From Candidatus Omnitrophota bacterium (GTDB lineage: Bacteria > Omnitrophota > Omnitrophia > Omnitrophales > Aquincolibacteriaceae): a DNA stretch of 64,000 nucleotides. A program made the translations under genes and the position numbers. Numbering within the stretch: position 1 is the first letter of the stretch; every line of letters begins with the position of its first letter. The DNA is taken from positions 6,858 to 70,857 of the forward strand of contig PLLJ01000038.1 in the NCBI GenBank assembly GCA_003140935.1, written 5' to 3'. Below, one piece after another: positions 8,540-17,553 of this stretch. The notes under the pieces were generated by a model. That model made no database searches, was not told the origin of the DNA, and worked only from the letters and a program-made list of their open reading frames with translations.

Positions 8540-9700
8540 ATGGTTGACGATTCTATCTACATTCTCGGGGAACATTCGAACGAGCCCAATGGAGAATCTT
8601 CCAGGCAGGCCGGTCCCGCTTCCAAAAAACCGGAAGATGTGCTCGGCATCTTGAGAAGCGCCCTAGAACGCAACACCTCGGATATCCATTTTCAGGTGGG
8701 AAGCCAGCCGATCTTCAGGATCGACGGCATTCTGACCCCTTTTAAGCAGGCAAAACCCGTCACGAGCGATTTCATGGCCACCTGCACCGATGTATTCCTC
8801 AGCAAAGACCAAAAAGAGTATCTTTTTGAGAACCGCCAAGTGGATTGTTCCGTAACACTCCCGAATTTCACTCATCGGTTCCGCATTAATTTTTTCTATC
8901 AACGGAACCATTTGAGCGGTGTTTTTCGCGCCAATCCCATCCTTCCGCCCACCATGGAGCAACTCGGGCTTCCTCCCCTCATGGAAAAACTGGTCGCTTT
9001 GCCTCATGGGCTCGTGCTGATCACCGGAGCCACGGGCTGCGGCAAGACCACGACCCTGGCGGCGATGGTCCATCATATGAATAATAACAGGAATGCCCAC
9101 ATCATCACGATGTCCGATCCCATTGAATATATCCACAAGAACAAATGCTGCGTGATCAGCCAACGCGAGATCGGAGACGATGCGATCTCTTTTGCAAGCG
9201 CTCTTCGTGTGGCGCTTCGGGAAGACCCGAACGTGCTCGTCGTCGAAGAGATCCGCGACCTGGAAAGCATCTCGATGGCTTTGACCGCGGCCGAAACAGG
9301 TCACCTGGTCTTCGCGACGCTTCACACCAACGATGCCGTCCAAGCCATCGACCGCCTCATTGACGTCTTCCCTCCCAATCAGCAGTCCCAAATAAGGGTC
9401 CAGCTGGCCATGACGCTTCAGGCGGTCGTCTCGCAGGTCCTGCTCAAAAGAAAGGGGAGCGCCGGACGCGTGGCGATCTTTGAAACGATGCCGATCACGG
9501 TCCCGGTCCGTAATCTGATACGCGATAACCAAACCATTCAGATCTACAATGTTATGGCGATGAATCGCGCTCAGGGAATGATCTTGCGTAACGACGCCCT
9601 AAGGGAAGCTGTCCAGAAAGGTCTTATCACGCAGGAAGACGCTGATACGCATCTTCTGGATAACACGATAGTAAAGCACGATCATTGGCGTCGGCCCTAA
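8540..9700 (+). CDS. pilT: Type IV pilus retraction ATPase PilT/PilU family
   Basis: Walker A GATGCGKTTTLAAM, PilT-type motifs (IITMSDPIEY, His-box HLVFATLHTNDA), and an AIRNLIRE-like VPVRNLIRDNQ. ATG at 8540 is preceded by AAGGAGG. Confidence 0.85.
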   Translation: MVDDSIYILGEHSNEPNGESSRQAGPASKKPEDVLGILRSALERNTSDIHFQVGSQPIFRIDGILTPFKQAKPVTSDFMATCTDVFLSKDQKEYLFENRQVDCSVTLPNFTHRFRINFFYQRNHLSGVFRANPILPPTMEQLGLPPLMEKLVALPHGLVLITGATGCGKTTTLAAMVHHMNNNRNAHIITMSDPIEYIHKNKCCVISQREIGDDAISFASALRVALREDPNVLVVEEIRDLESISMALTAAETGHLVFATLHTNDAVQAIDRLIDVFPPNQQSQIRVQLAMTLQAVVSQVLLKRKGSAGRVAIFETMPITVPVRNLIRDNQTIQIYNVMAMNRAQGMILRNDALREAVQKGLITQEDADTHLLDNTIVKHDHWRRP

Positions 9701-9792
9701 AGCGATCGTTCCGGACCCCGGCAAGATACTGACCGAAGTCGCGCTTGGGTCTTTGAAAGTCCCGTGCTCCTGCCCGCCGGTCGGCCTATGCC

Positions 9793-10158
9793 TTATCCTT
9801 TTGCGTTCGATCCTTGAGGGTATGGGATCACCTCGTTCCGGAGCAAGGCATTTTCCTGGGCAAGATTCTTCACCTGGTCTGTCAGATTCGATATCTTGAT
9901 CGAGAGCTGAACCGCGATCATCATGAGAAAGATGATCGCCCCGATGAACAAAGTGGTCGTGGGGAGACCCGCGCCGATCAGACCGGTGAGGGCCACGAGC
10001 CATTCGTAGCGTATCACAAGAATGAACATCAAGAGGCTCGTTGCCAGCCAGAGGACGGAGTATTCCTCGCGGAGTTTTCGCCTCCTCACCAAATTCAGGG
10101 TATACACAAAAACGAAACAGCAGATCACTAAAGCGGATATTTTTTGGCTTTCAAGCAT
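9793..10158 (-). CDS. DUF2304-like small membrane protein (commonly paired with a GT2 glycosyltransferase)
   Basis: 121 aa with two or three TM helices and a C-terminal coiled tail (DQVKNLAQENALLRNEV). Its position directly downstream of the GT2 gene at 10210-10950 matches the known GT2+DUF2304 pairing. Confidence 0.5.
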   Translation of the reverse strand: MLESQKISALVICCFVFVYTLNLVRRRKLREEYSVLWLATSLLMFILVIRYEWLVALTGLIGAGLPTTTLFIGAIIFLMMIAVQLSIKISNLTDQVKNLAQENALLRNEVIPYPQGSNAKG

Positions 10159-10209
10159 GGTTCCCCCGTTTCTTCATAGGTTGACACCGCCGCACGATCG
10201 CAGGGCATC

Positions 10210-10950
10210 TCATTTGTTTTTCCCCTTGGCCCTCATGAGCGTCACGCCAATGGACAGCAGCATCTTGAACATATAGTAGACCGGCTTCAACCCGCCGTGC
10301 ATGGATTTTCCATCGCGGTTCTCAACCATCCGGACCGGGACCTCGATCATGCGAAAACCCGCGCGATGGAGCGTGATCAGCATATCCGCGTCCGGATAGT
10401 CGACCGGAAAAATGTCCGTAGAAAAAAAACGTATGACGTCACGGTTGAACGCTTGATATCCCGAGGTCGTATCCGTGATGAACTTGCCCGTGACCAGAAA
10501 TACGATCCCGCGGAAAAGCGCCATGCCCATCCTGCGCGCGAACGGTGGCCGGTAGCTCTGCCCTAAAAAACGCGAGCCGATCGCAAAGTCGGCCGTTCCC
10601 GCGATCACCGGAGCTAAAAGCGCCGGGATGCAGGACGGGTCGTGCTGGCCGTCGGCATCGAGTTGAACAAGATAGTCGTAATGGTGGGCAAGAGCGTACT
10701 TGTAACCGGTTTGGATCGCAACGCCGTATCCCATGTTAAACGGGTGCGTTACGACGATAGCGCCGGACATGCGGGAGACGTTTGAAGTGTCGTCCTTGGA
10801 GCCGTCATTGACGACAAGAACGGGCATTTCAGGCGCGGCACGCCTGATACTCTCCATAAGCCCTTGGATCCGCACAGCCTCATTGTAGGCCGGGATAAGC
10901 ACCAGTGAACGCGGACTCTTTGTGCCGTTCATCGCCTGATCCTTTCTCAT
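10210..10950 (-). CDS. GT2 family glycosyltransferase (polyprenyl-phosphate sugar transferase-like, Dpm1/GtrB type)
   Basis: LVLIPAYNE..VNDGSKDDT..QLDADGQHDP (DxD) motifs typical of GT-A fold GT2 enzymes. Confidence 0.8.
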   Translation of the reverse strand: MRKDQAMNGTKSPRSLVLIPAYNEAVRIQGLMESIRRAAPEMPVLVVNDGSKDDTSNVSRMSGAIVVTHPFNMGYGVAIQTGYKYALAHHYDYLVQLDADGQHDPSCIPALLAPVIAGTADFAIGSRFLGQSYRPPFARRMGMALFRGIVFLVTGKFITDTTSGYQAFNRDVIRFFSTDIFPVDYPDADMLITLHRAGFRMIEVPVRMVENRDGKSMHGGLKPVYYMFKMLLSIGVTLMRAKGKNK

Positions 10951-11025
10951 TATTTTTTTCCTGTGTGATGCACGTAAGGCATGAAAGCTAAAGCGTCCGG
11001 TGTTCCCGTCATGGGATGAAAAAAA

Positions 11026-11436
11026 TTATCCGCCCCGGGCACGAAAGAAGATCGCATGGATCAAACTCCACTTTCTACGGAGAAGCCCCCCGTCCAGGAT
11101 GCCTTGGGCCACATCGAACATCATATGCATGAGGCATCCGGCCGAGATCCAAAAGATGGCGCCGTGCATGAACAAGACGCCGGCGATATAGACCGCGATC
11201 ACCTCGACCGTATGCAAAACGCAAAGACAATAATAGTGGTCAGATTCTTTGGCTTCAAAAAAACGTATCGCCCGTCTGAACGATCTATCTTTGAATTTTA
11301 CGGCATACCATAAGTAATGGTCTACATCAATTAGCACGCTTCCGGCCAGCACTGAAATACCCGCCTGGGGCGATACGTACCAGCTTACCGCCGTCGCAGC
11401 CACAAGCCCGGTGAGAAGATGCTCTTTAAGGAACAT
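11026..11436 (-). CDS. Integral membrane protein, uncharacterized (LxDxDH motif)
   Basis: 136 aa with 4 predicted TM segments and an LIDVDHYLWY motif; sits inside the glycosyltransferase/radical SAM operon. Confidence 0.45.
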   Translation of the reverse strand: MFLKEHLLTGLVAATAVSWYVSPQAGISVLAGSVLIDVDHYLWYAVKFKDRSFRRAIRFFEAKESDHYYCLCVLHTVEVIAVYIAGVLFMHGAIFWISAGCLMHMMFDVAQGILDGGLLRRKWSLIHAIFFRARGG

Positions 11437-11553
11437 CGAGTACTTTTCTCCATTTTATTTTCCGCCACAATCCTTCAGGCGGATCCGTCCTCTGGCGGAT
11501 AGAGGTTAACGGTGCTCGCACCGCATACCCCTGATTTTAAATGTCATGCGGTG

Positions 11554-12564
11554 CTAGGATCTCGCTTGACCGGTTCCGGAATTCCCCGGATAACCCATGA
11601 AAAAACCCCGCACAAGACCCGCCGCGTAAAAAATATGCGTTCCGATCAAGATAGGCCCTACACGCAGGCCTGAGGCGGGATCCTTAGGCAAAGCCAGAAA
11701 ATAACCGGACAGCAGGGTGAACGGAATGTAGAGCCACACGAGAAAAGCCGGCCGCCACAGGATGCCCAGCAGGCTTGCGATGAATAATCCGGGAAGAAAA
11801 AAAAGAGCGATCACGTACGCCGGAGAAAAGAGGGTCCGGTGCTTCCGCATGATCCTGGCCCGGCCGATCCCGTAATGATACATATTCATGCACCAGGACG
11901 AAAACGACCGCCTCGCAGCATGCTCCACGAGGATCCCCGGAACAAAATACAATCCGTATCCTTTTTGGTCCAGGCGATAATTCATATCCGCATCTTCGCA
12001 CATATTTTCCAAGAGTTCATCGAATCCCCCGGCCGACTCCAGGGCGGCGCGTGAGTAGAGGGCATTCAGGCACGCGATACTTGCCACCCGGCGCCGCTCT
12101 CCAAAGATCTTTCCCTGTACGGAACCGAGGCTGCCGAGGAATGAATCAAGCGCAATGCCGAGAGCGGTCTGGAACGGGGTTTCCCCGGAAGGGGCTTTGT
12201 TGCCGCCGCCTACGCCGGCTAAACGGGGATCGCTTTTTTGGATCTCTTCGAAGGATGCCGAAAGCATTCCAAGCCAGTTCGGCGGCACGATGCAGTCCGA
12301 ATCCGTGAAGGCGATGGAGGGATGGAGGGCCTCGCGAAGGGCCACATTCCGGTTCGAGGCAATGGTCCTCTTCGGATTTTCGACGAGACGGACACGGCCT
12401 GCGAACCCGCGGACGATCTTTTGGGTATCATCCGTGGAGCCTCCGTCGACCACCAGGACCTCGGTCCTGCCGCCATGGGGCACCATCTCCAGGATCGATC
12501 TCAGACAGGCGCCGATATGTTCCGCGGCGTTATAGGTCACAATGCAAACCGATATATCCATCAA
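11554..12564 (-). CDS. GT2 family glycosyltransferase with C-terminal transmembrane anchor
   Basis: VCIVTYNAAEHI..VVDGGSTDDT..FTDSDCIV (DxD) GT-A motifs, with a C-terminal hydrophobic region (VIALFFLPGLFIASLLGILW...). Confidence 0.8.
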   Translation of the reverse strand: MMDISVCIVTYNAAEHIGACLRSILEMVPHGGRTEVLVVDGGSTDDTQKIVRGFAGRVRLVENPKRTIASNRNVALREALHPSIAFTDSDCIVPPNWLGMLSASFEEIQKSDPRLAGVGGGNKAPSGETPFQTALGIALDSFLGSLGSVQGKIFGERRRVASIACLNALYSRAALESAGGFDELLENMCEDADMNYRLDQKGYGLYFVPGILVEHAARRSFSSWCMNMYHYGIGRARIMRKHRTLFSPAYVIALFFLPGLFIASLLGILWRPAFLVWLYIPFTLLSGYFLALPKDPASGLRVGPILIGTHIFYAAGLVRGFFMGYPGNSGTGQARS

Positions 12565-12580
12565 GTGGTTTCTCCCGCCA

Positions 12581-14002
12581 TTACTCTGGAAGGACTTTAC
12601 GCTTCAAGACCTTTGCGATCTGATCGAACAAGGTCTTACGGAACGCTCCATCACTAAGAGCAAGGGCCCCTATTCTTAATGCCGTTTTCCAAAGTTTGCG
12701 TTTCCACGCATCCCGGATACGCGCCACGGCTTTCATCAGGTCCTCCGCGGTAAGCGTCTCCAGATGTAACGGATATTTTCCGGGCCAGACATGATAATAA
12801 TTAAACTCCTCAGGCGACTTTGCCAACACCTTCTCCTTCAAAGACTCATACAGCGGCGTTCCCGGCAACGGCGTGGTAAGCGTCACGGTGAGAACATCCG
12901 GATGCAGGCGGTCCACCATGCGGACGGTCGCCTCGATCTCCTGCCGGTCTTCATCCGGTTGTCCCGGTTGATCGCTCGCGGTACCGATCATGACCGAGCC
13001 CGTGGTAAGAAGTCCTGCTTTTTGCGCGGAACGGAATCCTGCTTCAATTTGGGAAACGGTCAACCCTTTTCCCAGGATCCCCAGGATCCGGTCCGAGGCG
13101 CTTTCCATCCCCATGCTCAGGCCCACGAATCCGCTCCGGCGCAGGGTGCGGCAAAGTTCCTCGTCGATAAGATCGGGACGGGTGAAGCACCAATAGGGCA
13201 TTTTCAGTCGAGCTTTTCTCAATGCGGCGCATAGTTTGATCACCCATTCCCTGTCTTCCGTGAAGATCTCGTCATGGAAAAGAAGTATGTAATTTCCGGG
13301 AAAACGTTTGCGCAACTGCGTCAGCTCAAGCAGAACGCGCTCGATGCTAAGACGCCGCGTGGATTTTTTCGCATAGATCAGCGGCGGCTGATTGAACTTA
13401 TCCTCATAGTTCAGTCCCCGCGAAGCCATGAAAACGGCGTTGTGGGTCGCGTCGATATACCGCCTGTATTCCACCAAATCCCAATCAGGCGGCGGGAGTC
13501 TTTCAACGCCCACCCGGGACGCCGGCCTGGAGTCCGGATTTTCCACGGTGGCGATCCCCGGCCGGGCCAAGATCGTCTTTCGCCTGACCATGTCACGGAA
13601 CATATCGGGGACCACTTCCTCAGGCTCCCCGATCACGCAGGCGTCAAATCCCATTTCCAACAATAACCGGGAAGGCTCCGTCGAGGCCTGGGGACCGAAC
13701 GCGATCGCCTGGAGCGAGGGACATTGGGACCGGAGCCGCCTGATCGCCTCCTGAGTTTCATTGCTGAACCGGATCTGCGTGTTGACGAGAACGATATCGG
13801 GTTTTTGGGAAAGCGCAAAATCCCATCGGCGCCAGTCGTCCTGCTTTTCCCACACATGGTCCACCAGAGAACACGTGTACCCCGCTTGTTTGAGGACAGC
13901 GCCCAAATACATAATGCCCATCGGCGCATCGAGGCCTTCCGGACGGTGCGAGCCGAAAGGCGGGTTCAGGAAAAGGATCTTCAAAGAAAGGCCCTCCACC
14001 AT
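12581..14002 (-). CDS. B12-binding-domain radical-SAM-like protein lacking the CxxxCxxC motif (degenerate class B rSAM paralog)
   Basis: The N-terminus (KILFLNPPFG...GIMYLGAVLKQAGYTCSLVD) matches the cobalamin-binding domain of class B radical SAM enzymes. The position that is TSRGCPFHCxFC in its four paralogs reads ASRGLNYEDKFNQPP, with no Cys triad. ATG at 14002; a TTG at 14068 is an alternative start. Confidence 0.65.
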   Translation of the reverse strand: MVEGLSLKILFLNPPFGSHRPEGLDAPMGIMYLGAVLKQAGYTCSLVDHVWEKQDDWRRWDFALSQKPDIVLVNTQIRFSNETQEAIRRLRSQCPSLQAIAFGPQASTEPSRLLLEMGFDACVIGEPEEVVPDMFRDMVRRKTILARPGIATVENPDSRPASRVGVERLPPPDWDLVEYRRYIDATHNAVFMASRGLNYEDKFNQPPLIYAKKSTRRLSIERVLLELTQLRKRFPGNYILLFHDEIFTEDREWVIKLCAALRKARLKMPYWCFTRPDLIDEELCRTLRRSGFVGLSMGMESASDRILGILGKGLTVSQIEAGFRSAQKAGLLTTGSVMIGTASDQPGQPDEDRQEIEATVRMVDRLHPDVLTVTLTTPLPGTPLYESLKEKVLAKSPEEFNYYHVWPGKYPLHLETLTAEDLMKAVARIRDAWKRKLWKTALRIGALALSDGAFRKTLFDQIAKVLKRKVLPE

Positions 14003-15042
14003 TGGCCGGGATTTAAAAGAAAATTCCGCGTCTGGAAATTGCTGTGCGTGCAGGCGCCGGCGGAACAAAGCCCCGTTTGCCTGGTTTTGCGCACGGCGGT
14101 GCTGTTCCAGAAAGCGGCAAAATCACCGTGCCATTTAAGAAGGTTGCCGATCACGGGGGTCATTTCGCACAAGCGTACGTCGCCGTTGGGTTCGATCACG
14201 GCGAATCCGTCGCCGATCTGACAAGGACGGGCCACCGCTCCGGTGCGTAAAAACTTGAGGAAGGAACGGTTGAGGTGCCGGTGCGCCCGGGCGGCAAGAC
14301 GGGCGGACACCCCCGGATAATGGCCGCCGGCCGCGTAATAACGTTGGGCATAATAATCCACCAGATCCAGGACCTTCTCCACCTCGTCAGGAGGCGGAAG
14401 TTCCAGGCTCTTGTCGGGAAAATCCCCCCTCAAGAGTCCCACATCGTGAAAATCAACGCCCAGTCCCTGGACATGCCGCAACAGTTCCGGGATCTCCCCC
14501 GCATTGTAATTGTTCAGAACGGTGCACACGTTCAAAGCCAACCGGGGATGCTTCGAACGGATCTGTTTGAGTGCTTCGAGTGCCGCCATCATCTTTTGAT
14601 AATTGCCGGGAACACCCCGGAGAAAGTCGTGTGTTTTCTCCGATCCGTCCAAAGACAAAACGATATTGAGCTGCGCCTCCGGACAAAGGTCAAGGATCCG
14701 GCGGGTGCTCTCCAAAAGGTCCTCCCCCGCGAGGCCGTTCGTGGGAATACCGATCTTGCGAACGCCGGAATGCCGGTAGAACTCCGCCACAAGTTCCGGC
14801 AGGTCTTTGCGCAAAAAAGGTTCGCCGCCCGAGAGATGCAGCCACAGAAGATGAGGCAACGAACGCGCGACCTCGGCATAAAAATCGAGCGGCAAGTCCG
14901 CGGACTCCGGACTTTCGATCTGTTCATGATAAAAACAAGTCCGGCACCGGGAGTTGCACCGGTAGGTGACGAAAACGATCATATAGAGCGGCAGGCGGCG
15001 CTCGCGCGAAGTCAGCTTCCACCGGAGGATATCGGTCAGCAT
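13981..15042 (-). CDS. Radical SAM enzyme with C-terminal SPASM/twitch-like Cys-rich domain
   Basis: VTYRCNSRCRTCFY (CxxxCxxC) near the N-terminus; the C-terminal region has additional Cys clusters (CQIGDG...CEMTP...CSAGACTHS). ATG at 15042 is preceded by AAGGGGA and overlaps the upstream GT2 stop by 7 nt. The ORF-track N-terminal extension to 15324 is not conserved-looking. Confidence 0.75.
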   Translation of the reverse strand: MLTDILRWKLTSRERRLPLYMIVFVTYRCNSRCRTCFYHEQIESPESADLPLDFYAEVARSLPHLLWLHLSGGEPFLRKDLPELVAEFYRHSGVRKIGIPTNGLAGEDLLESTRRILDLCPEAQLNIVLSLDGSEKTHDFLRGVPGNYQKMMAALEALKQIRSKHPRLALNVCTVLNNYNAGEIPELLRHVQGLGVDFHDVGLLRGDFPDKSLELPPPDEVEKVLDLVDYYAQRYYAAGGHYPGVSARLAARAHRHLNRSFLKFLRTGAVARPCQIGDGFAVIEPNGDVRLCEMTPVIGNLLKWHGDFAAFWNSTAVRKTRQTGLCSAGACTHSNFQTRNFLLNPGQWWRAFL

Positions 15043-15989
15043 CGGGGATCCCCTTGCGTGCGCGACCCGGCATCCTTGCCGAAGAGCCGCTGATAATCTC
15101 CGCAACCCGCTACGGTGCCAAGATACTCCCAAGTCCGTCCCATCAAGTGGAGGGGGCTCAGCCAAAGCACGGAGAGATCGCGGGGAAGATTGCGCAGTAC
15201 GGTGAAGGCGGTCGCCAAAAGGGCATAACAGGGCCAGAGCAAAGCCAGCAGGACCCGGCTGTTCGGGAACATCCAGGAATAAGGCGGCAAGGGCTTGTGC
15301 TTGAGCACCGTCTGAATGGTCCACCGGCCGTAATTGAAGCGCTGACGGAGAAAAGCGCCCAAGGTGGTACGCGGATGATCGTGCATCACGACCGCCCCCG
15401 GTTCAAAAAAGTTCTCATATCCGCCGCGGTGGATCCGGAACGCCAGATCGGAATCCTCACTCCCCCGGAGGCGGGGATCAAAACCTCCCACCGCGTTGAA
15501 TACGGCCCTGAAGAGGGCCATGTTGGCGGTGGAACCGAAGAGCGTGGGACCGGCGGGAGCTTCCGGCCCGATGGAATGCGCCCAGGCCTGGTGATCCAAA
15601 CGTTGCCAAAGATTGCTTGAGGCCGGAAGAGCGATAGAACCGCTGACGACTCCCCGGCGTTCGTGCTCCTGAAGTCTCAGAACCAATTTTTCCAACCAGT
15701 CTTTTTGAGGGACACAATCGGCATCCGTGAAAGCCAGGATCTGGGCATCGGATCCGGCAATGCCCCTGTTACGGGCCGCGGCCCGGCCGCGATTTTCCTG
15801 CTCCAGTAATTTCACTTCCGGAAATTCCCTGGCCGCTTCCGAAGTGTTATCGGTGGACCCATCGTTGATCACCACCGGCATGACGGCTCCTTGATACGTC
15901 TGGATGCGAAGAGCCCCCAGACAGGCCCTGAGCGTACCCGCACCGTTCAAAACGGGTATGATGACATTCACCGCCGGATGCTTCATCAT
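15036..15989 (-). CDS. GT2 family glycosyltransferase
   Basis: VNVIIPVLNGAGTL..VINDGSTDNT..FTDADCVP (DxD), with a C-terminal hydrophobic tail. The start ATGATGA overlaps the stop of the upstream B12-rSAM gene. Confidence 0.8.
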   Translation of the reverse strand: MMKHPAVNVIIPVLNGAGTLRACLGALRIQTYQGAVMPVVINDGSTDNTSEAAREFPEVKLLEQENRGRAAARNRGIAGSDAQILAFTDADCVPQKDWLEKLVLRLQEHERRGVVSGSIALPASSNLWQRLDHQAWAHSIGPEAPAGPTLFGSTANMALFRAVFNAVGGFDPRLRGSEDSDLAFRIHRGGYENFFEPGAVVMHDHPRTTLGAFLRQRFNYGRWTIQTVLKHKPLPPYSWMFPNSRVLLALLWPCYALLATAFTVLRNLPRDLSVLWLSPLHLMGRTWEYLGTVAGCGDYQRLFGKDAGSRTQGDPRC

Positions 15990-17539
15990 TTGCTGTTTTC
16001 TCCCGGTTGCAAAGAGGCCGGCCTCAAGGCGAATTGATTATACAATTTCTTCAATGCCAGCCGGCAAGTTTTCAAAGACCGGAAGGCCCGTAACAGTTTA
16101 CGCACGGCAGGCAGCCGGAAAAAAACTACGGGGTGCCAAAAGAGCAGAAGCCCGTACCATTGCCACATGGCTTTGTGCCGCCAACGGGCCAGATCCACCC
16201 CCGCGGGCATATCGATCATGGAAAACCGCATGGCACAGAGATAGTCTTCATATTGGGACGACCTCTGCCTGCGATCTTCCTGCTCCCGATAAGCGGGGTA
16301 AAGATCCGTTCCCGGATAAGGCGAACAGATAAAACAGAGCGGAAAGATCCCGGCGCGCGCCAACCGTCTTCCGAAGGTCAGGGTCCGGTCCAGTTCCTTC
16401 TCGGTTTCTCCCGGAAACCCCATCATCAGAAAGCAAGTCACCGAGAGACCCGCCTTGCGGATGATCGCTCCGGCGCGAAAAATGGATTCGAGATCCAGAC
16501 CCTTACGAATGACCTTGCTCAGGAATTCCTGGTCGCCGTGTTCGGCGGCCAAGGTGATCTCGTAACAACCGGCGCGTTTCATGGCATCGATCAAACGGGG
16601 CGTGATCCGGTCCGCCCGCAAACCATTGGGAGTGTTCCAGCGGATCTTGAGGCCTCGCCTGAGGATCTCCTCGCAGATGTTAAAAGCACGCTCTTCATCG
16701 TAAGTGAAATTGCTGTCCTCGATGGAAAAGGAACGGACCCCGTACTGACGGTAAAGAAATTCGATCTCGTCGACCACGCGGGTGGGAGACCGGCCGCGCC
16801 AGCGCCGTCCGTTCAGCCGGTGGGCGGCACAAAAGATACAATGAAAAGGGCATCCCCGGCTGGTGATGACCGGCACCGTCAGTTCGACTTTTTCCCCGCG
16901 CTGGATCACCGCCTTTTCCGCCATCCGGCGGTAAAGTGGAAGATCGAGAAGGTCGTAAGCGGGCATCGGCAGTGAGTCGATATCAAGTATCATCGCCGGC
17001 GGTCCGGAAGTACATATCATATTGTTTTCCTTCCAGTAGATCCCGGAGGGAACGTCAGGAGCTCCTTTGATCAGGTGTGAAAGAAGCGCGGTAAAAGTGT
17101 TCTCGCCTTCCCCGTGAATGACATAATCCACCGCGGGAATTGTGATACTCTCCTCGGGCGCGCAGGAAGGATGAACGCCGCCGAGCACGATCTTGGCATG
17201 GGGCAGGGCCTGCCGGGCCAGTGCCGCGCATTCTTGTGTGCCGCGGAAGATCCCGGTGAACATATTGCCGATGCCCACCACCCGGGCCCCGCTGGCGCGA
17301 AGTTTTTCCACGATGACTGGGTCTGAAAGACCTACGCGGTAAACACGGCGACCCGCGCGCGAAGTCCATTCCCGCTGTTCGTAACCCTCCGCCAAAACGT
17401 CCAGCATGGCAACCGAGTAACCGGACGCCCGGACCGCCGCAGCCACGGCCAACAGGCCGCCGGGCACCGGCAACCAAAGATCGTCCAAGTTGCCTTCGGC
17501 CATGTACCAGTGCGGGTTGACAAGGACAACATCAGGCAT
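15986..17539 (-). CDS. B12-binding radical SAM enzyme (class B rSAM)
   Basis: N-terminal cobalamin-binding domain (VVLVNPH...GYSVAMLD), TSRGCPFHCIFCAAH CxxxCxxC motif, and radical SAM core downstream. Confidence 0.85.
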   Translation of the reverse strand: MPDVVLVNPHWYMAEGNLDDLWLPVPGGLLAVAAAVRASGYSVAMLDVLAEGYEQREWTSRAGRRVYRVGLSDPVIVEKLRASGARVVGIGNMFTGIFRGTQECAALARQALPHAKIVLGGVHPSCAPEESITIPAVDYVIHGEGENTFTALLSHLIKGAPDVPSGIYWKENNMICTSGPPAMILDIDSLPMPAYDLLDLPLYRRMAEKAVIQRGEKVELTVPVITSRGCPFHCIFCAAHRLNGRRWRGRSPTRVVDEIEFLYRQYGVRSFSIEDSNFTYDEERAFNICEEILRRGLKIRWNTPNGLRADRITPRLIDAMKRAGCYEITLAAEHGDQEFLSKVIRKGLDLESIFRAGAIIRKAGLSVTCFLMMGFPGETEKELDRTLTFGRRLARAGIFPLCFICSPYPGTDLYPAYREQEDRRQRSSQYEDYLCAMRFSMIDMPAGVDLARWRHKAMWQWYGLLLFWHPVVFFRLPAVRKLLRAFRSLKTCRLALKKLYNQFALRPASLQPGENSK

Positions 17540-17553
17540 GGCGGATCACTCCG

